Below, one piece after another: positions 17,539 to 26,572 of a stretch of DNA of 64,000 nucleotides. The notes beneath the pieces were generated by a model, which made no database searches, was not told where the DNA came from, and saw nothing but the letters and a program-made list of their open reading frames with translations. The translations under genes were made by a program, and so were the position numbers. Source of the DNA: Candidatus Avichristensenella intestinipullorum (GTDB lineage Bacteria; Bacillota; Clostridia; Christensenellales; Aristaeellaceae); assembly GCA_018713305.1 (NCBI GenBank), contig DVFI01000026.1, positions 5,484 to 69,483 of the forward strand, read 5' to 3'. The stretch's first letter is position 1, and every line of letters begins with the position of its first letter.

Positions 17539-19890
17539 TCAGCGGAGCGTGACCACCGTCACGCCGTCCTCGCCCTCTCCATAACGGCCCGCGCGGAACG
17601 CCTTGACGTGCGGATGGCGGCGCAGGTGTTCCTGAATGCCGCTGCGCAGCGTGCCCGTGCCCTTGCCGTGAATGAGGGACACCTCGCCCAGGGACGCGAG
17701 CACCGCATCGTCCAGATACTTGTCCACCGCCTCAATGGCTTCTTCCAGGTTCATGCCGCGCAGGTCGCAGTCCAGCCGCACCGTGCGCGTGGTCATATCG
17801 ATATCCGTGCGCGTGGCGGCTTTTTTCGTCTGCGCGCCGGCCTCCCGCTTCAGCTGGCTGACATGGACCTTGAGCTTGAGGATGCCGGCCTGGACCTGCA
17901 GCTCTCCCCGCGCGTCCGGCGCGGTCAGCACGGTGCCCTTGGTGCCCAGGTGCGGAATCATCACGCTTTCTCCGGGTTTCAGGTCCTTGGGCGGCGCCTG
18001 CACCGTATCCACCGGCGCGGCCAGCGCGTCCGCCAGCTCGCTTGCGGTCATGTCCATGCGCTTTTTCGCCGCCAGTATCTCATGCTCGCGCAGCCCGTCG
18101 CCCTTTTTCATCCGCCGCAAATCGGCGATGACGGCCTCGCTTTCCCGGCGCGCGTTTTCCACGATGCGCCGCGCCTCCTCGCGCGCCTTGAGCAAAAAGC
18201 GTTCCCGCTCCTTCTCCAGTTTCTCGCGCTCGTGCTGCGCCTCCTGCTGGGCGCGCACCATGTCCTCGCGCGCTTCCTCGGCCAGCCGGCGCTCGCGCTC
18301 GGCAATCTGGCGATGGTACTCGGCGTTTGCGATGACGTCCTCGAAGCGGATTTGGTCGCGCGAGAGCATCTGCCGGGCTTCCCCGATGATTTCCTCGGGC
18401 AGGCCCAGCCGCCGCGAGATTTCAAAGGCGTTGGACTTGCCCGGAATGCCGATGGAAAGCCGGTAGGTGGGCCGCAGGGTCTCCACGTCAAACTCCACCG
18501 ATGCGTTTTCCACGCCCTGCGTGGTCAGCGCGAACGCCTTCAGCTCCGCGTAATGCGTGGTGGCCAGCGTGCGGACCTTCTGGCGCAGCAGGCGGGTCAG
18601 AACCGCCTGCGCCAGGGCCGCGCCCTCGGTCGGATCGGTGCCCGCGCCCAGTTCGTCAAAGAGCGCGAGCGAGCGGGGCGTCACCCCCGCCATGACCGAA
18701 ACGATGTTGGTCATGTGCGAGGAGAACGTGGACAGCGACTGCTCGATGGACTGCTCGTCGCCGATATCGGCAAAGACGTTGTCGAACACGGAAAGCTCCG
18801 TGCCCAAATCCGCCGGCACGTGCAGGCCCGCCTGGGCCATGAGCGTAAAGAGGCCCACGGTTTTCAGCGTGACCGTCTTGCCGCCGGTGTTGGGGCCGGT
18901 AATGACCAGCGTGGTAAATTCCCGGCCCATCCACAAATCGCTGGGGACGACGCGCTCCGCGTCAATGAGCGGATGGCGTCCCCGCACGATGCGGATGTAG
19001 CCCTGGTCGTTGAGCTTGGGGGATACGCCGTGCATCCGGCGCGAGAGCAGCCCCTTGGCAAAGAGGAAGTCCAGGCGGCTGAGCACTTCCAGGTTATGCG
19101 CGAGCATGGGCGCCTCCGGCGTGATGCGCGCGGAAAGGGCCTGCAGGATGCGCTCAATCTCCGCCTTTTCCTTGGCCGTCCACTGCTTTAAGTCGTTGCC
19201 TATCTCCACCACGGCCATCGGCTCGACGAACAGCGTCGCGCCCGACGCGCTCTGGTCATGAATCAGGCCGGGCACCGCCGCGCGGCTTTCCTGGCGCACC
19301 GGGATGACGTAGCGGCCGTTGCGAATGGTAATCAGCGCCTCCTGCAGGTGCTTTTGCATGGCGGGGCTGTGGATGATGCTGTTGAGCTTTTCGCGCACGC
19401 GGTCGTTGCACTGGCGGATATGCCTTCGGATGGCGTACAGCTCGGGGCTGGCGTGGTCGGAGATTTCATCCTCGCTGAGGATGGCCGACGCGATATCTTC
19501 CTCCAGGCGGCGAAACGTCGAAAGCTCGGACGCCAGCGCGGTGATGCGCGGCGTGTTTTCCCGCTCGGTCACCAGCGTTTCGCGGGCCGCGCGGGCGGCG
19601 CGCATGCAGGAGGCCACATCCAGCAGGGCGCGCGGGGACAGCGTCGCCCCGATGGCGGCCAGCTTCAGCGAAGGCCGGACGTCCTCGAAGGCGACGAGCG
19701 GGTGCTGCGGCAGATAGGTCAGAAGCACCAACGCTTCCTCCGTCTCTTCCTGCGCGATGCGAACCGCCTCCAGTTCGTCCAAAGGCGTCAGCGCCGCGCA
19801 GACGGCCGCGCCCATCTCGGACACGGCCAGACCGCACAGCATATCGCGTATCTTGGTAAACTCCAGCACGCGAAGGGTTCTGTCTTCCAT
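17539..19890 (-). CDS. mutS2: endonuclease MutS2 (MutS domain V ATPase plus C-terminal Smr)
   Basis: Walker A ITGPNTGGKTVTLK, LALFDELGAGTDP, and an Smr domain LDLRGMNLEEA...LIHGKGTGTLR. Confidence 0.9.
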   Translation of the reverse strand: MEDRTLRVLEFTKIRDMLCGLAVSEMGAAVCAALTPLDELEAVRIAQEETEEALVLLTYLPQHPLVAFEDVRPSLKLAAIGATLSPRALLDVASCMRAARAARETLVTERENTPRITALASELSTFRRLEEDIASAILSEDEISDHASPELYAIRRHIRQCNDRVREKLNSIIHSPAMQKHLQEALITIRNGRYVIPVRQESRAAVPGLIHDQSASGATLFVEPMAVVEIGNDLKQWTAKEKAEIERILQALSARITPEAPMLAHNLEVLSRLDFLFAKGLLSRRMHGVSPKLNDQGYIRIVRGRHPLIDAERVVPSDLWMGREFTTLVITGPNTGGKTVTLKTVGLFTLMAQAGLHVPADLGTELSVFDNVFADIGDEQSIEQSLSTFSSHMTNIVSVMAGVTPRSLALFDELGAGTDPTEGAALAQAVLTRLLRQKVRTLATTHYAELKAFALTTQGVENASVEFDVETLRPTYRLSIGIPGKSNAFEISRRLGLPEEIIGEARQMLSRDQIRFEDVIANAEYHRQIAERERRLAEEAREDMVRAQQEAQHEREKLEKERERFLLKAREEARRIVENARRESEAVIADLRRMKKGDGLREHEILAAKKRMDMTASELADALAAPVDTVQAPPKDLKPGESVMIPHLGTKGTVLTAPDARGELQVQAGILKLKVHVSQLKREAGAQTKKAATRTDIDMTTRTVRLDCDLRGMNLEEAIEAVDKYLDDAVLASLGEVSLIHGKGTGTLRSGIQEHLRRHPHVKAFRAGRYGEGEDGVTVVTLR

Positions 19891-19905
19891 GGAAATCCCC
19901 CGACT

Positions 19906-20226
19906 TTAAGGTTCCGTTGTTTCTTCCGCCTTGTCCGCCGCCTTGTCCTCGGCCTTTTTGGCCTTGCGGCTGACGGACGGCACCTTGGCTTCCAGCAATT
20001 CGCGGCGCAGGCGGGTGTTTTCGTCCTGCGCTTTGATGAGGTCATCCGCGATATTCAGCGCGGTGAGCACGGCCACCATGGGCTGGGGCAGGCGCGTGGC
20101 CAGGGTCAGCTCCTCCATTTTTCTGTCCACATACACCGCCACCCGCCGGATATGCTCCTCGGATTCCACGCCCACCATGGTATAATCCCGTCCGCCGATG
20201 TGGACGGTCGTCTTTGTCTTTTCCAT
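19906..20226 (-). CDS. zapA: cell division protein ZapA
   Basis: VHIGGRDYTMVGVESEEHIRRVAVYVDRKMEEL...ALNIADDLIK matches the ZapA pattern. The conserved position upstream of mutS2 fits. Confidence 0.8.
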   Translation of the reverse strand: MEKTKTTVHIGGRDYTMVGVESEEHIRRVAVYVDRKMEELTLATRLPQPMVAVLTALNIADDLIKAQDENTRLRRELLEAKVPSVSRKAKKAEDKAADKAEETTEP

Positions 20227-20245
20227 AGCGCTCCCTCACATCCGT

Positions 20246-20761
20246 TTACAGCTTGCTGACCGGATACTCTTCTCCAAAGGTTTCCACCCGAATGCTGCGG
20301 ATGGCCTGCGGCTCGCGCGGACGGTCGTTGGGGCCCGTCGGGGCGTTGACCACCCGGTCGGCCGCCTCCATTCCCTCCAGCACGCGCCCAAAGGCGGCAT
20401 AGCTGCCGTCCAGATGCGGCGCAGCCTCCACCATGATGAAAAACTGCGAGCCCGCCGAATCCGGATGCATGGAGCGGGCCATGGACAGCACGCCGCGCTC
20501 GTGCCGCAGCGGGTTGGCGACGCCGTTGCGGGCGAACTCGCCCTTGATGCGCCAGCCCGGACCGCCCATGCCCGTGCCGTTCGGGTCTCCGCCCTGAATC
20601 ATGAAGCCGGGGATGACGCGGTGGAAAATCAGCCCGTCGTAAAAGCCGTCGTTGGCCAGAGCAATCCAGTTTGCGCACGAGACGGGCGCATGCTCGGGGT
20701 ACAGCTCGCCCTTGAGCACGCTGCCGTCCTGCAGAACCATCGTAAACACAGGATGCTTCAT
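20246..20761 (-). CDS. ppiB: cyclophilin-type peptidyl-prolyl cis-trans isomerase
   Basis: FYDGLIFHRVIPGFMIQGGDP, LSMARS...SAGSQFFI, LDGSYAAFGRV. Confidence 0.9.
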   Translation of the reverse strand: MKHPVFTMVLQDGSVLKGELYPEHAPVSCANWIALANDGFYDGLIFHRVIPGFMIQGGDPNGTGMGGPGWRIKGEFARNGVANPLRHERGVLSMARSMHPDSAGSQFFIMVEAAPHLDGSYAAFGRVLEGMEAADRVVNAPTGPNDRPREPQAIRSIRVETFGEEYPVSKL

Positions 20762-20836
20762 GTGCAGTATACCTCCTTATTGTGAACAATCTGGTATTCG
20801 ATTTGTAAACAGCATTTCCTTCTTTTGGAATCCGGC

Positions 20837-21835
20837 TTATTCTCCGCCCAGCAGCCGCTCGATGTCATGCGCCACCTCGCCCTCCGCCAGGCGCCATCCC
20901 GTCTTCATCGTCCGCGCATACATCTCCGTCAACGCCTCGGCCACGGCCCGCCGCGCCGCGTGCCAGGCCGCCGGCAGGTGCTCCAGCGTCGTCACCTGCG
21001 CGCTGCAGTAGGGCGTCAGCGACCAGCCGCGCCGGCCGAACGCCTCGCACAGCGTCGGCGCGTCTGGCAGAAAGCCCAGCGCATCCGCCTCCGCGCAGGG
21101 CCTGCGCGCCACATGGCGCGCGCCCTCCACGCGCCAGCGCCGCGGGGAAAGCCCGTCCAGCACCAGCCGGACGCCCAGCTCACGGCACGTCGGCAGCAGG
21201 CATCCTTCCACCATGCGCCCGTCCCAGCGCGCGTCCGGCCCGACGTACAGGCTCCGCGCGGCCAGCGCGCGCCCGCGCGACGCTATCAGCGCGCACAGCG
21301 TGTCCCGGTCCGACGCGCCGCGCGATGCCAGTTCCGTCCAGCAATCCTCCAGGGCAAACAGGGGCGTGACGTCCAACATGGCGTGCAGGCGCTCGTCCAG
21401 CTCCGACAGCTCGGGCGCGTCGTCCTCGAACAGGCCCACCCGCACCGCAAGCGACGAAACCCCGGCCGCGTCCAGCCCGTCGGACACGCGCGAATATTCA
21501 TGCAGCGCCTTCCACTGCGCGCGCAGCGCGTCAAGATTGCGCACGGCGGGGTTCAGCCCCCATTGTTTCATGGCCGCCAGCGCGCGCTGCGCGTCCGCAC
21601 CAATGGGCGAATGCTCCAGAAACAGCGCGTGATACACGCCCTGCGCGTCGGGGGATTCCGGCAGATACCTTCCGGCCAGCCGCAGCAGGGCCTCGTCCGT
21701 CAGCAGCGCGTCCGGCCCGGTCTGCCGCGGCGCCACCAGGTTCCGCCACGGGATGCCCGAGCACACATCCACGGCGGCCGTATGGCGCACACAGGCGCGC
21801 ACCAGCCGCTTGAGCTCTTCGCGATTGGCGATCAT
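20837..21835 (-). CDS. hypothetical protein (332 aa), last gene of the recJ-relA-dtd-MBL-hemZ operon
   Basis: ATG 21835 overlaps the hemZ stop (ATGA). Non-repetitive composition. No motif recognised, although the C-terminal ...EGEVAHDIERLLGGE tail resembles amidohydrolase-fold endings. Confidence 0.55.
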   Translation of the reverse strand: MIANREELKRLVRACVRHTAAVDVCSGIPWRNLVAPRQTGPDALLTDEALLRLAGRYLPESPDAQGVYHALFLEHSPIGADAQRALAAMKQWGLNPAVRNLDALRAQWKALHEYSRVSDGLDAAGVSSLAVRVGLFEDDAPELSELDERLHAMLDVTPLFALEDCWTELASRGASDRDTLCALIASRGRALAARSLYVGPDARWDGRMVEGCLLPTCRELGVRLVLDGLSPRRWRVEGARHVARRPCAEADALGFLPDAPTLCEAFGRRGWSLTPYCSAQVTTLEHLPAAWHAARRAVAEALTEMYARTMKTGWRLAEGEVAHDIERLLGGE

Positions 21836-23268
21836 TCGTACTCCCTCCACAGCCGCTCCTTGCGCGCAATCATTTCCTCCACGCGGTCGATGTAGTGCCC
21901 CACGTCGCCCACGTTGGGCGCGCGCTCGATGCGCGCCTCCCGGGGGAAAACGCGCTTGGAAATCGCGCCTGCGCCGCAGGCGAGGATGGAGGTCGTCTCC
22001 TCCATGATGTCGATGTTGTACAGGCATTCCCGGCCCGGGCGCGCATACGCCACGTTTTCCAGGTTGCCCGCCACGTACTTCTGCCGGTAAAGATAATAGG
22101 GGCGCATGCCCAGCGCGCGCGCCGCCTCCGCGCCCGCCTCGACCATCGCCTCGGCCACGGGGGCGGGCGAGGGCTCGAAGCCGAACTCGTTCAGGCGCGA
22201 GCCATGCTTGCGCGCCAGCGTGTGCACGGTCAGGCTGTCCGGCTCCAGCGCCGCTACGCGCGCAAGCGTCCGTGCAAAATCCGCCTCCGTTTCCCCCGGC
22301 AGCGCCGCGATCACGTCCATGTTGATGTTTTCAAAGCCCAGCGCACGCGCGCGGAGAAACGCGCGCCGCGTATCCTCGGCGGTATGCGCGCGGCCGATGA
22401 CGCGCAGGGTGGCGTCGTTCATGGTTTGCGGGTTGACGCTGATGCGCGTAACGGGCGCGGCGCGCAGCGCGCGCAGCTTCGCCTCGTCCAGCGTATCCGG
22501 CCTGCCGGCCTCCACCGTCCATTCGCGCGCGTCCGGGAACAGCGCCTCCAGGCGCGCCAGCAGGGCGGCCAGACTGCCGGCATCCAGCGCCGTGGGCGTG
22601 CCCCCGCCCACATACAGCGCGCGCAGCCGCAGCCCCGCGCGCCGAATCAGCGCCGCGACGGCCTCCGCCTCGTGAAACAGCGCCGCCAGATACGGCGCGA
22701 CGCGCCGGCCCTTGCCGATGGCCTCCGCAAAAAAAGAGCAGTACGCGCAGCGCGTCGTGCAAAACGGGATGCCGACGTATACGTCCACGGCCTCCTCCGG
22801 CACGGTCACTAGCCCGCGCTGGGTTTCCACCGTCTCGCGCAGCAACGCCGCGCGGCTTGGGCGCACGTCAAAAACGCGCGCCAGCGCCGCCTCGGCCTGC
22901 GCGGGCGTGTCGCCGCGCGAGAGGCGCTCGTAAAACAGGCGCGTGGGCCGGATGCCCGTCAGGCTGCCCCAGGGCGGGTGCATGCCGGTTATCCGGCGCA
23001 GCAGCGCGTAGCAGCTCTGTTTCATGCCGCGCTTGCGCCGCCGCTTCTGCTCCCACTTGTCGCCCGCTATACGCGTATGCCAGCGGAAGCGCTCGCCCTC
23101 CATGCAAAAGCAGTCCTCCGCCCAGCCGTCCGCCTCGCGGTGCAGGTGCAGCAGCTCGCACGCCTCCTGCGGCGCGGGCACGACCTGCGCGTCCGGCCAG
23201 AATACATGCACCACCTCGGCAATATCGGAAAAATGCGCCGCAAGCGGCGTATACAGCCCAATCCTCAT
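21832..23268 (-). CDS. hemZ: radical SAM coproporphyrinogen dehydrogenase-like protein, HemZ type
   Basis: HemZ-like N-domain, then the radical SAM cluster GIPFCTTRCAYCSF and a HemN-like core. ATG overlaps the MBL gene stop. Confidence 0.8.
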   Translation of the reverse strand: MRIGLYTPLAAHFSDIAEVVHVFWPDAQVVPAPQEACELLHLHREADGWAEDCFCMEGERFRWHTRIAGDKWEQKRRRKRGMKQSCYALLRRITGMHPPWGSLTGIRPTRLFYERLSRGDTPAQAEAALARVFDVRPSRAALLRETVETQRGLVTVPEEAVDVYVGIPFCTTRCAYCSFFAEAIGKGRRVAPYLAALFHEAEAVAALIRRAGLRLRALYVGGGTPTALDAGSLAALLARLEALFPDAREWTVEAGRPDTLDEAKLRALRAAPVTRISVNPQTMNDATLRVIGRAHTAEDTRRAFLRARALGFENINMDVIAALPGETEADFARTLARVAALEPDSLTVHTLARKHGSRLNEFGFEPSPAPVAEAMVEAGAEAARALGMRPYYLYRQKYVAGNLENVAYARPGRECLYNIDIMEETTSILACGAGAISKRVFPREARIERAPNVGDVGHYIDRVEEMIARKERLWREYE

Positions 23269-23867
23269 GGCAGCCCGTACACGCGGCGTTCCCGGCCGAT
23301 GGTCGTGGACGGTCCGTGCCCGGGATGGACGCGGACGCCTTCCTCCAGGGCCAGCAGGCGACGCAGCGAGCGCATCAGCGCCTGTTCATCGCCTCCCGGC
23401 AGGTCCGTGCGCCCGTATCCGCGGCAAAAGAGCGTATCGCCGGTAAACAGGTCGTCCCCGCACCGCAGGCAGATGCCGCCGGGCGTATGCCCCGGCGTAT
23501 GCAGCACGGAAAACGGCACGCCCGCCAGCAGGAGGTCGCCTTCCTCCAGCAGCAGGTCCGCCTCGCCCTGGCTCGGCGCGCCGCCGAACATGACCGACAG
23601 GCTCAGGTTGGGATGGGTCAGCATGGCCGCATCCGCGGCATGGATGGCCACCGGCACGTCCGGCCCCCGCAGCGACGCGACCGCGCCGATATGGTCGACA
23701 TGTCCGTGCGTCAGCACAATAGCGGCCAGCCGTCTGCCTTCCAGCGCCAGCCGGATGGCCTCCGGCTCTGCGCCGGGGTCAATGACCAACGCGTCCGGCC
23801 GTTCCGGCTGAAAGACCACATATGCGTTTGCCTGCATTTCCCCCACGGGAACGCAACGAAATTCCAT
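23265..23867 (-). CDS. MBL-fold metallo-hydrolase (glyoxalase II-like)
   Basis: VLTHGHVDHIG motif, HTPGHTPG, 200 aa. Confidence 0.85.
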   Translation of the reverse strand: MEFRCVPVGEMQANAYVVFQPERPDALVIDPGAEPEAIRLALEGRRLAAIVLTHGHVDHIGAVASLRGPDVPVAIHAADAAMLTHPNLSLSVMFGGAPSQGEADLLLEEGDLLLAGVPFSVLHTPGHTPGGICLRCGDDLFTGDTLFCRGYGRTDLPGGDEQALMRSLRRLLALEEGVRVHPGHGPSTTIGRERRVYGLP

Positions 23868-23881
23868 TGGACACCACCCCT

Positions 23882-24331
23882 CTAAAACGTCTTTCTGCTG
23901 TCCAACAGGATGGTTACCGGCCCGTCGTTGACCAGCATGACATCCATATGCGCCTGGAAGACGCCGGTTTCCACCCGCAGGCCCGCCGCGCGCAGCGCGC
24001 CGCAGAACGCCTCGTACAGCGGCACGGCCGTTTCGGGCCTGGCCGCGGCGGAAAAGCTGGGCCGCCGCCCATGGCGCGCGTCTCCGCAGAGCGTAAACTG
24101 CGACACGGCCAGCACCGCGCCGCCCACATCGCGCACCGACAGGTTCATCTTGCCGTTTTCGTCCTCAAACACGCGAAGGCCGGACACCTTCTCCGCGCAA
24201 TAGCGGACGTCCGCCTCCGTATCGCCGTCCTGTACGCCCACCAGAACCAGGAATCCCCTTTCGACCTCGCCGGTCACTTTTCCTTCTACCGTTACGCTGG
24301 CATGGGACACCCGCTGCACCACGCATCGCAT
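23882..24331 (-). CDS. dtd: D-aminoacyl-tRNA deacylase
   Basis: [15 protein letters not shown]...GFLVLVGV...VSQFTL..D...GRRPSF matches the Dtd consensus, 149 aa. Confidence 0.9.
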   Translation of the reverse strand: MRCVVQRVSHASVTVEGKVTGEVERGFLVLVGVQDGDTEADVRYCAEKVSGLRVFEDENGKMNLSVRDVGGAVLAVSQFTLCGDARHGRRPSFSAAARPETAVPLYEAFCGALRAAGLRVETGVFQAHMDVMLVNDGPVTILLDSRKTF

Positions 24332-24373
24332 CCGTTGCTTCCTCCCGCCATATTCATGCTTCGTATCCGTATA

Positions 24374-26572
24374 TCATGTGGAAAGCCGAAATACCTCGAT
24401 GATGTCCGCGCGCTTTTGCAGGGAGCGAATCATTTTATCCAGCTGCGCGCGGCTCTGCGTCTGCACCTGCAGGGTGATGGTAGCCGTCCCGTCCTTGTGC
24501 GCCTTGGCGGTGACGGACTCAATGGGGGCGTCCATGCTGGCGATGAGAACGGCCAGGTCGCCCAGCAGCCCCTCATGATAATAGGCGACAATGCGGATGC
24601 CCGCGGAAAACTTGGACTCCGCCGCGGAATTCCAGCTCACCTCGACCATGCGCTCCGGCTCGGCGTGAATCATGTTGATGCAGTCCGCCTTGTGCACGGT
24701 AACGCCCCGCCCGCGCGTGATATAGCCGATGATTTCATCGCCCGGCACCGGATTGCAGCAGCGCGCGAAGCGCACCAGCATGCCCGGCTCGCCCGCCAGG
24801 AACACGCCGTGGCTGGAGGCCAGCTTCTGCCGTTTCTCGTTTTCCTCCTCGGTGTGCTGCACCGGGGTGGACGCGGGCTGCGGCGCGGGCGCGGGCCGCT
24901 CGCGCCTGCGATGCTCTTCCAGCAGGCGCGCGCATACGCTGGCGGCGCTGAGCGCGCCGAAGCCCACGGCGGAATAGATATCGTCCAGGTCCAGAAAAGC
25001 GTATTTGCGCAGCAGCGGCTCTACGTATTCCGGCTTGGCCAGGGTGGGCCAGGGCACGGCGTTTCGCTGCGCCTCGCGCTCGAGCATGGTCCGGCCGAGC
25101 TCGATGTTTTCCGACTTGAGCTCCTTTTTGAACCACTGGCGGATTTTCGTCTTGGCCTGCGAGGTCTTGACGATGTTCATCCAGTCGCGGCTGGGGCCCT
25201 TGGACGCGGACGAGGTCAGGATTTCGACAAAATCGCCGGTCTGCAGCTCGGTATCCAGCGTCACGATGCGGCCGTTTGCCTTGGCGCCCACGCATTTGTT
25301 GCCGATGGCGCTGTGGATGCGGTAGGCGAAATCCAGCGGGGTTGCGCCCTTGGGCAGGTTGATGATGTCTCCCTTGGGGGTAAAGACGAAGACCTCGTCG
25401 GCGAACAGGTCCACCTTGAGCAGGTCGATAAACTCGCGCGCGTCCTTGGTATCGCTCTGCCAGTCCAGGATTTGCCGGAGCCAGTACAGCTTTTCGTCCA
25501 GCTCGCCCCCGGCCTGCTTTCCCTCTTTATAGCGCCAGTGCGCCGCGATGCCGTATTCGGCCAGGCGGTGCATCTCATGGGTGCGAATCTGCACCTCGAA
25601 AGGCTGGCCGTTCTGGCCGACGACCGTGGTATGCAGCGACTGGTACATGTTGGCCTTGGGCGTGGAGATATAGTCCTTAAACCGGTTGGGCACCTGACGC
25701 CAGAGGGTATGCACCAGGCCCAGCACCGCGTAACAGTCGGGGATGGTATCGACGATGACGCGCAGGGCGATGAGGTCGTAAATCTGGTCGAAGGGGATGT
25801 TCTGCAGCACCATTTTCCGGTAGATGCTGTAAAAATGCTTGGGTCTGCCGTCGATATCGAAGGAGATGCCCATATCCTGGATGTGGCGCCGGAGTTCGTC
25901 CACGACCACCTGGAGCGACCGTTCCCGCTCCTTGCGCTTCATGCCGACCTTCTTGGCCAAATCGTGGTATTCCTCCGGGTGCAGGTACATAAACGACAGG
26001 TCTTCCAGCTGCGACTTGATGGCGTACACGCCCAGGCGGTGCGCCAGGGGCGCATAGATGTCCAGCGTTTCGCGGGCAATGGCGGCCTGCCGGTCCGCCG
26101 GCTGGAATTTCAGGGTGCGCATGTTGTGCAGACGGTCGGCCAGCTTGATGAGCACCACGCGGATGTCCTTGGACATGGCCAGAATCATCTTGCGCAGGCT
26201 TTCGGCCTGCTGCTCCTCGCGCGAGGTGAAGTCCAGGCGCGTCAGCTTGGTCACGCCGTCCACCAGCTGCGCCACTTCCGGGCCGAAGTTCTGCTGAATC
26301 ACCTCCAGCGTGCACCCTTCGCAGTCCTCCACACAGTCGTGCAGCAGGCCCGCCGCGATGGTCGCGCCGTCCATCATCAGTTCCGCCAGCGTGGACGCGA
26401 CGGCGGCCGGGTGGACAAAATACGGCTCGCCCGACTTTCTCTTCTGGTCCTTATGCGCCTCCTGCGCGAAATGCCAGGCGCGCTCGACCAGCTCGGCGTT
26501 GTCGCCGGTATGAAACCGCTCCATGCACTTTTTGAGCTCTTCCAGCGTCATTATCCTGGCCTTATCGCTCAT
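24374..26572 (-). CDS. relA: bifunctional (p)ppGpp synthetase/hydrolase RelA/SpoT (Rel)
   Basis: HD domain (HPAAVASTLAEL..LLHDCVED), synthetase (YQSLHTTV, EVQIRTHEMH), TGS and ACT domains. ATG 26572 overlaps the recJ stop (ATGA). Confidence 0.9.
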   Translation of the reverse strand: MSDKARIMTLEELKKCMERFHTGDNAELVERAWHFAQEAHKDQKRKSGEPYFVHPAAVASTLAELMMDGATIAAGLLHDCVEDCEGCTLEVIQQNFGPEVAQLVDGVTKLTRLDFTSREEQQAESLRKMILAMSKDIRVVLIKLADRLHNMRTLKFQPADRQAAIARETLDIYAPLAHRLGVYAIKSQLEDLSFMYLHPEEYHDLAKKVGMKRKERERSLQVVVDELRRHIQDMGISFDIDGRPKHFYSIYRKMVLQNIPFDQIYDLIALRVIVDTIPDCYAVLGLVHTLWRQVPNRFKDYISTPKANMYQSLHTTVVGQNGQPFEVQIRTHEMHRLAEYGIAAHWRYKEGKQAGGELDEKLYWLRQILDWQSDTKDAREFIDLLKVDLFADEVFVFTPKGDIINLPKGATPLDFAYRIHSAIGNKCVGAKANGRIVTLDTELQTGDFVEILTSSASKGPSRDWMNIVKTSQAKTKIRQWFKKELKSENIELGRTMLEREAQRNAVPWPTLAKPEYVEPLLRKYAFLDLDDIYSAVGFGALSAASVCARLLEEHRRRERPAPAPQPASTPVQHTEEENEKRQKLASSHGVFLAGEPGMLVRFARCCNPVPGDEIIGYITRGRGVTVHKADCINMIHAEPERMVEVSWNSAAESKFSAGIRIVAYYHEGLLGDLAVLIASMDAPIESVTAKAHKDGTATITLQVQTQSRAQLDKMIRSLQKRADIIEVFRLST

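Noticed and set aside
14367-17552. 1061-aa + strand ORF, the longest in the track
   Set aside because: It spans three well-supported minus-strand genes (htrA, histidine kinase, response regulator). Its composition (Arg, Ala, His, Gly, Gln runs) is typical of stop-free antisense frames in GC-rich DNA.
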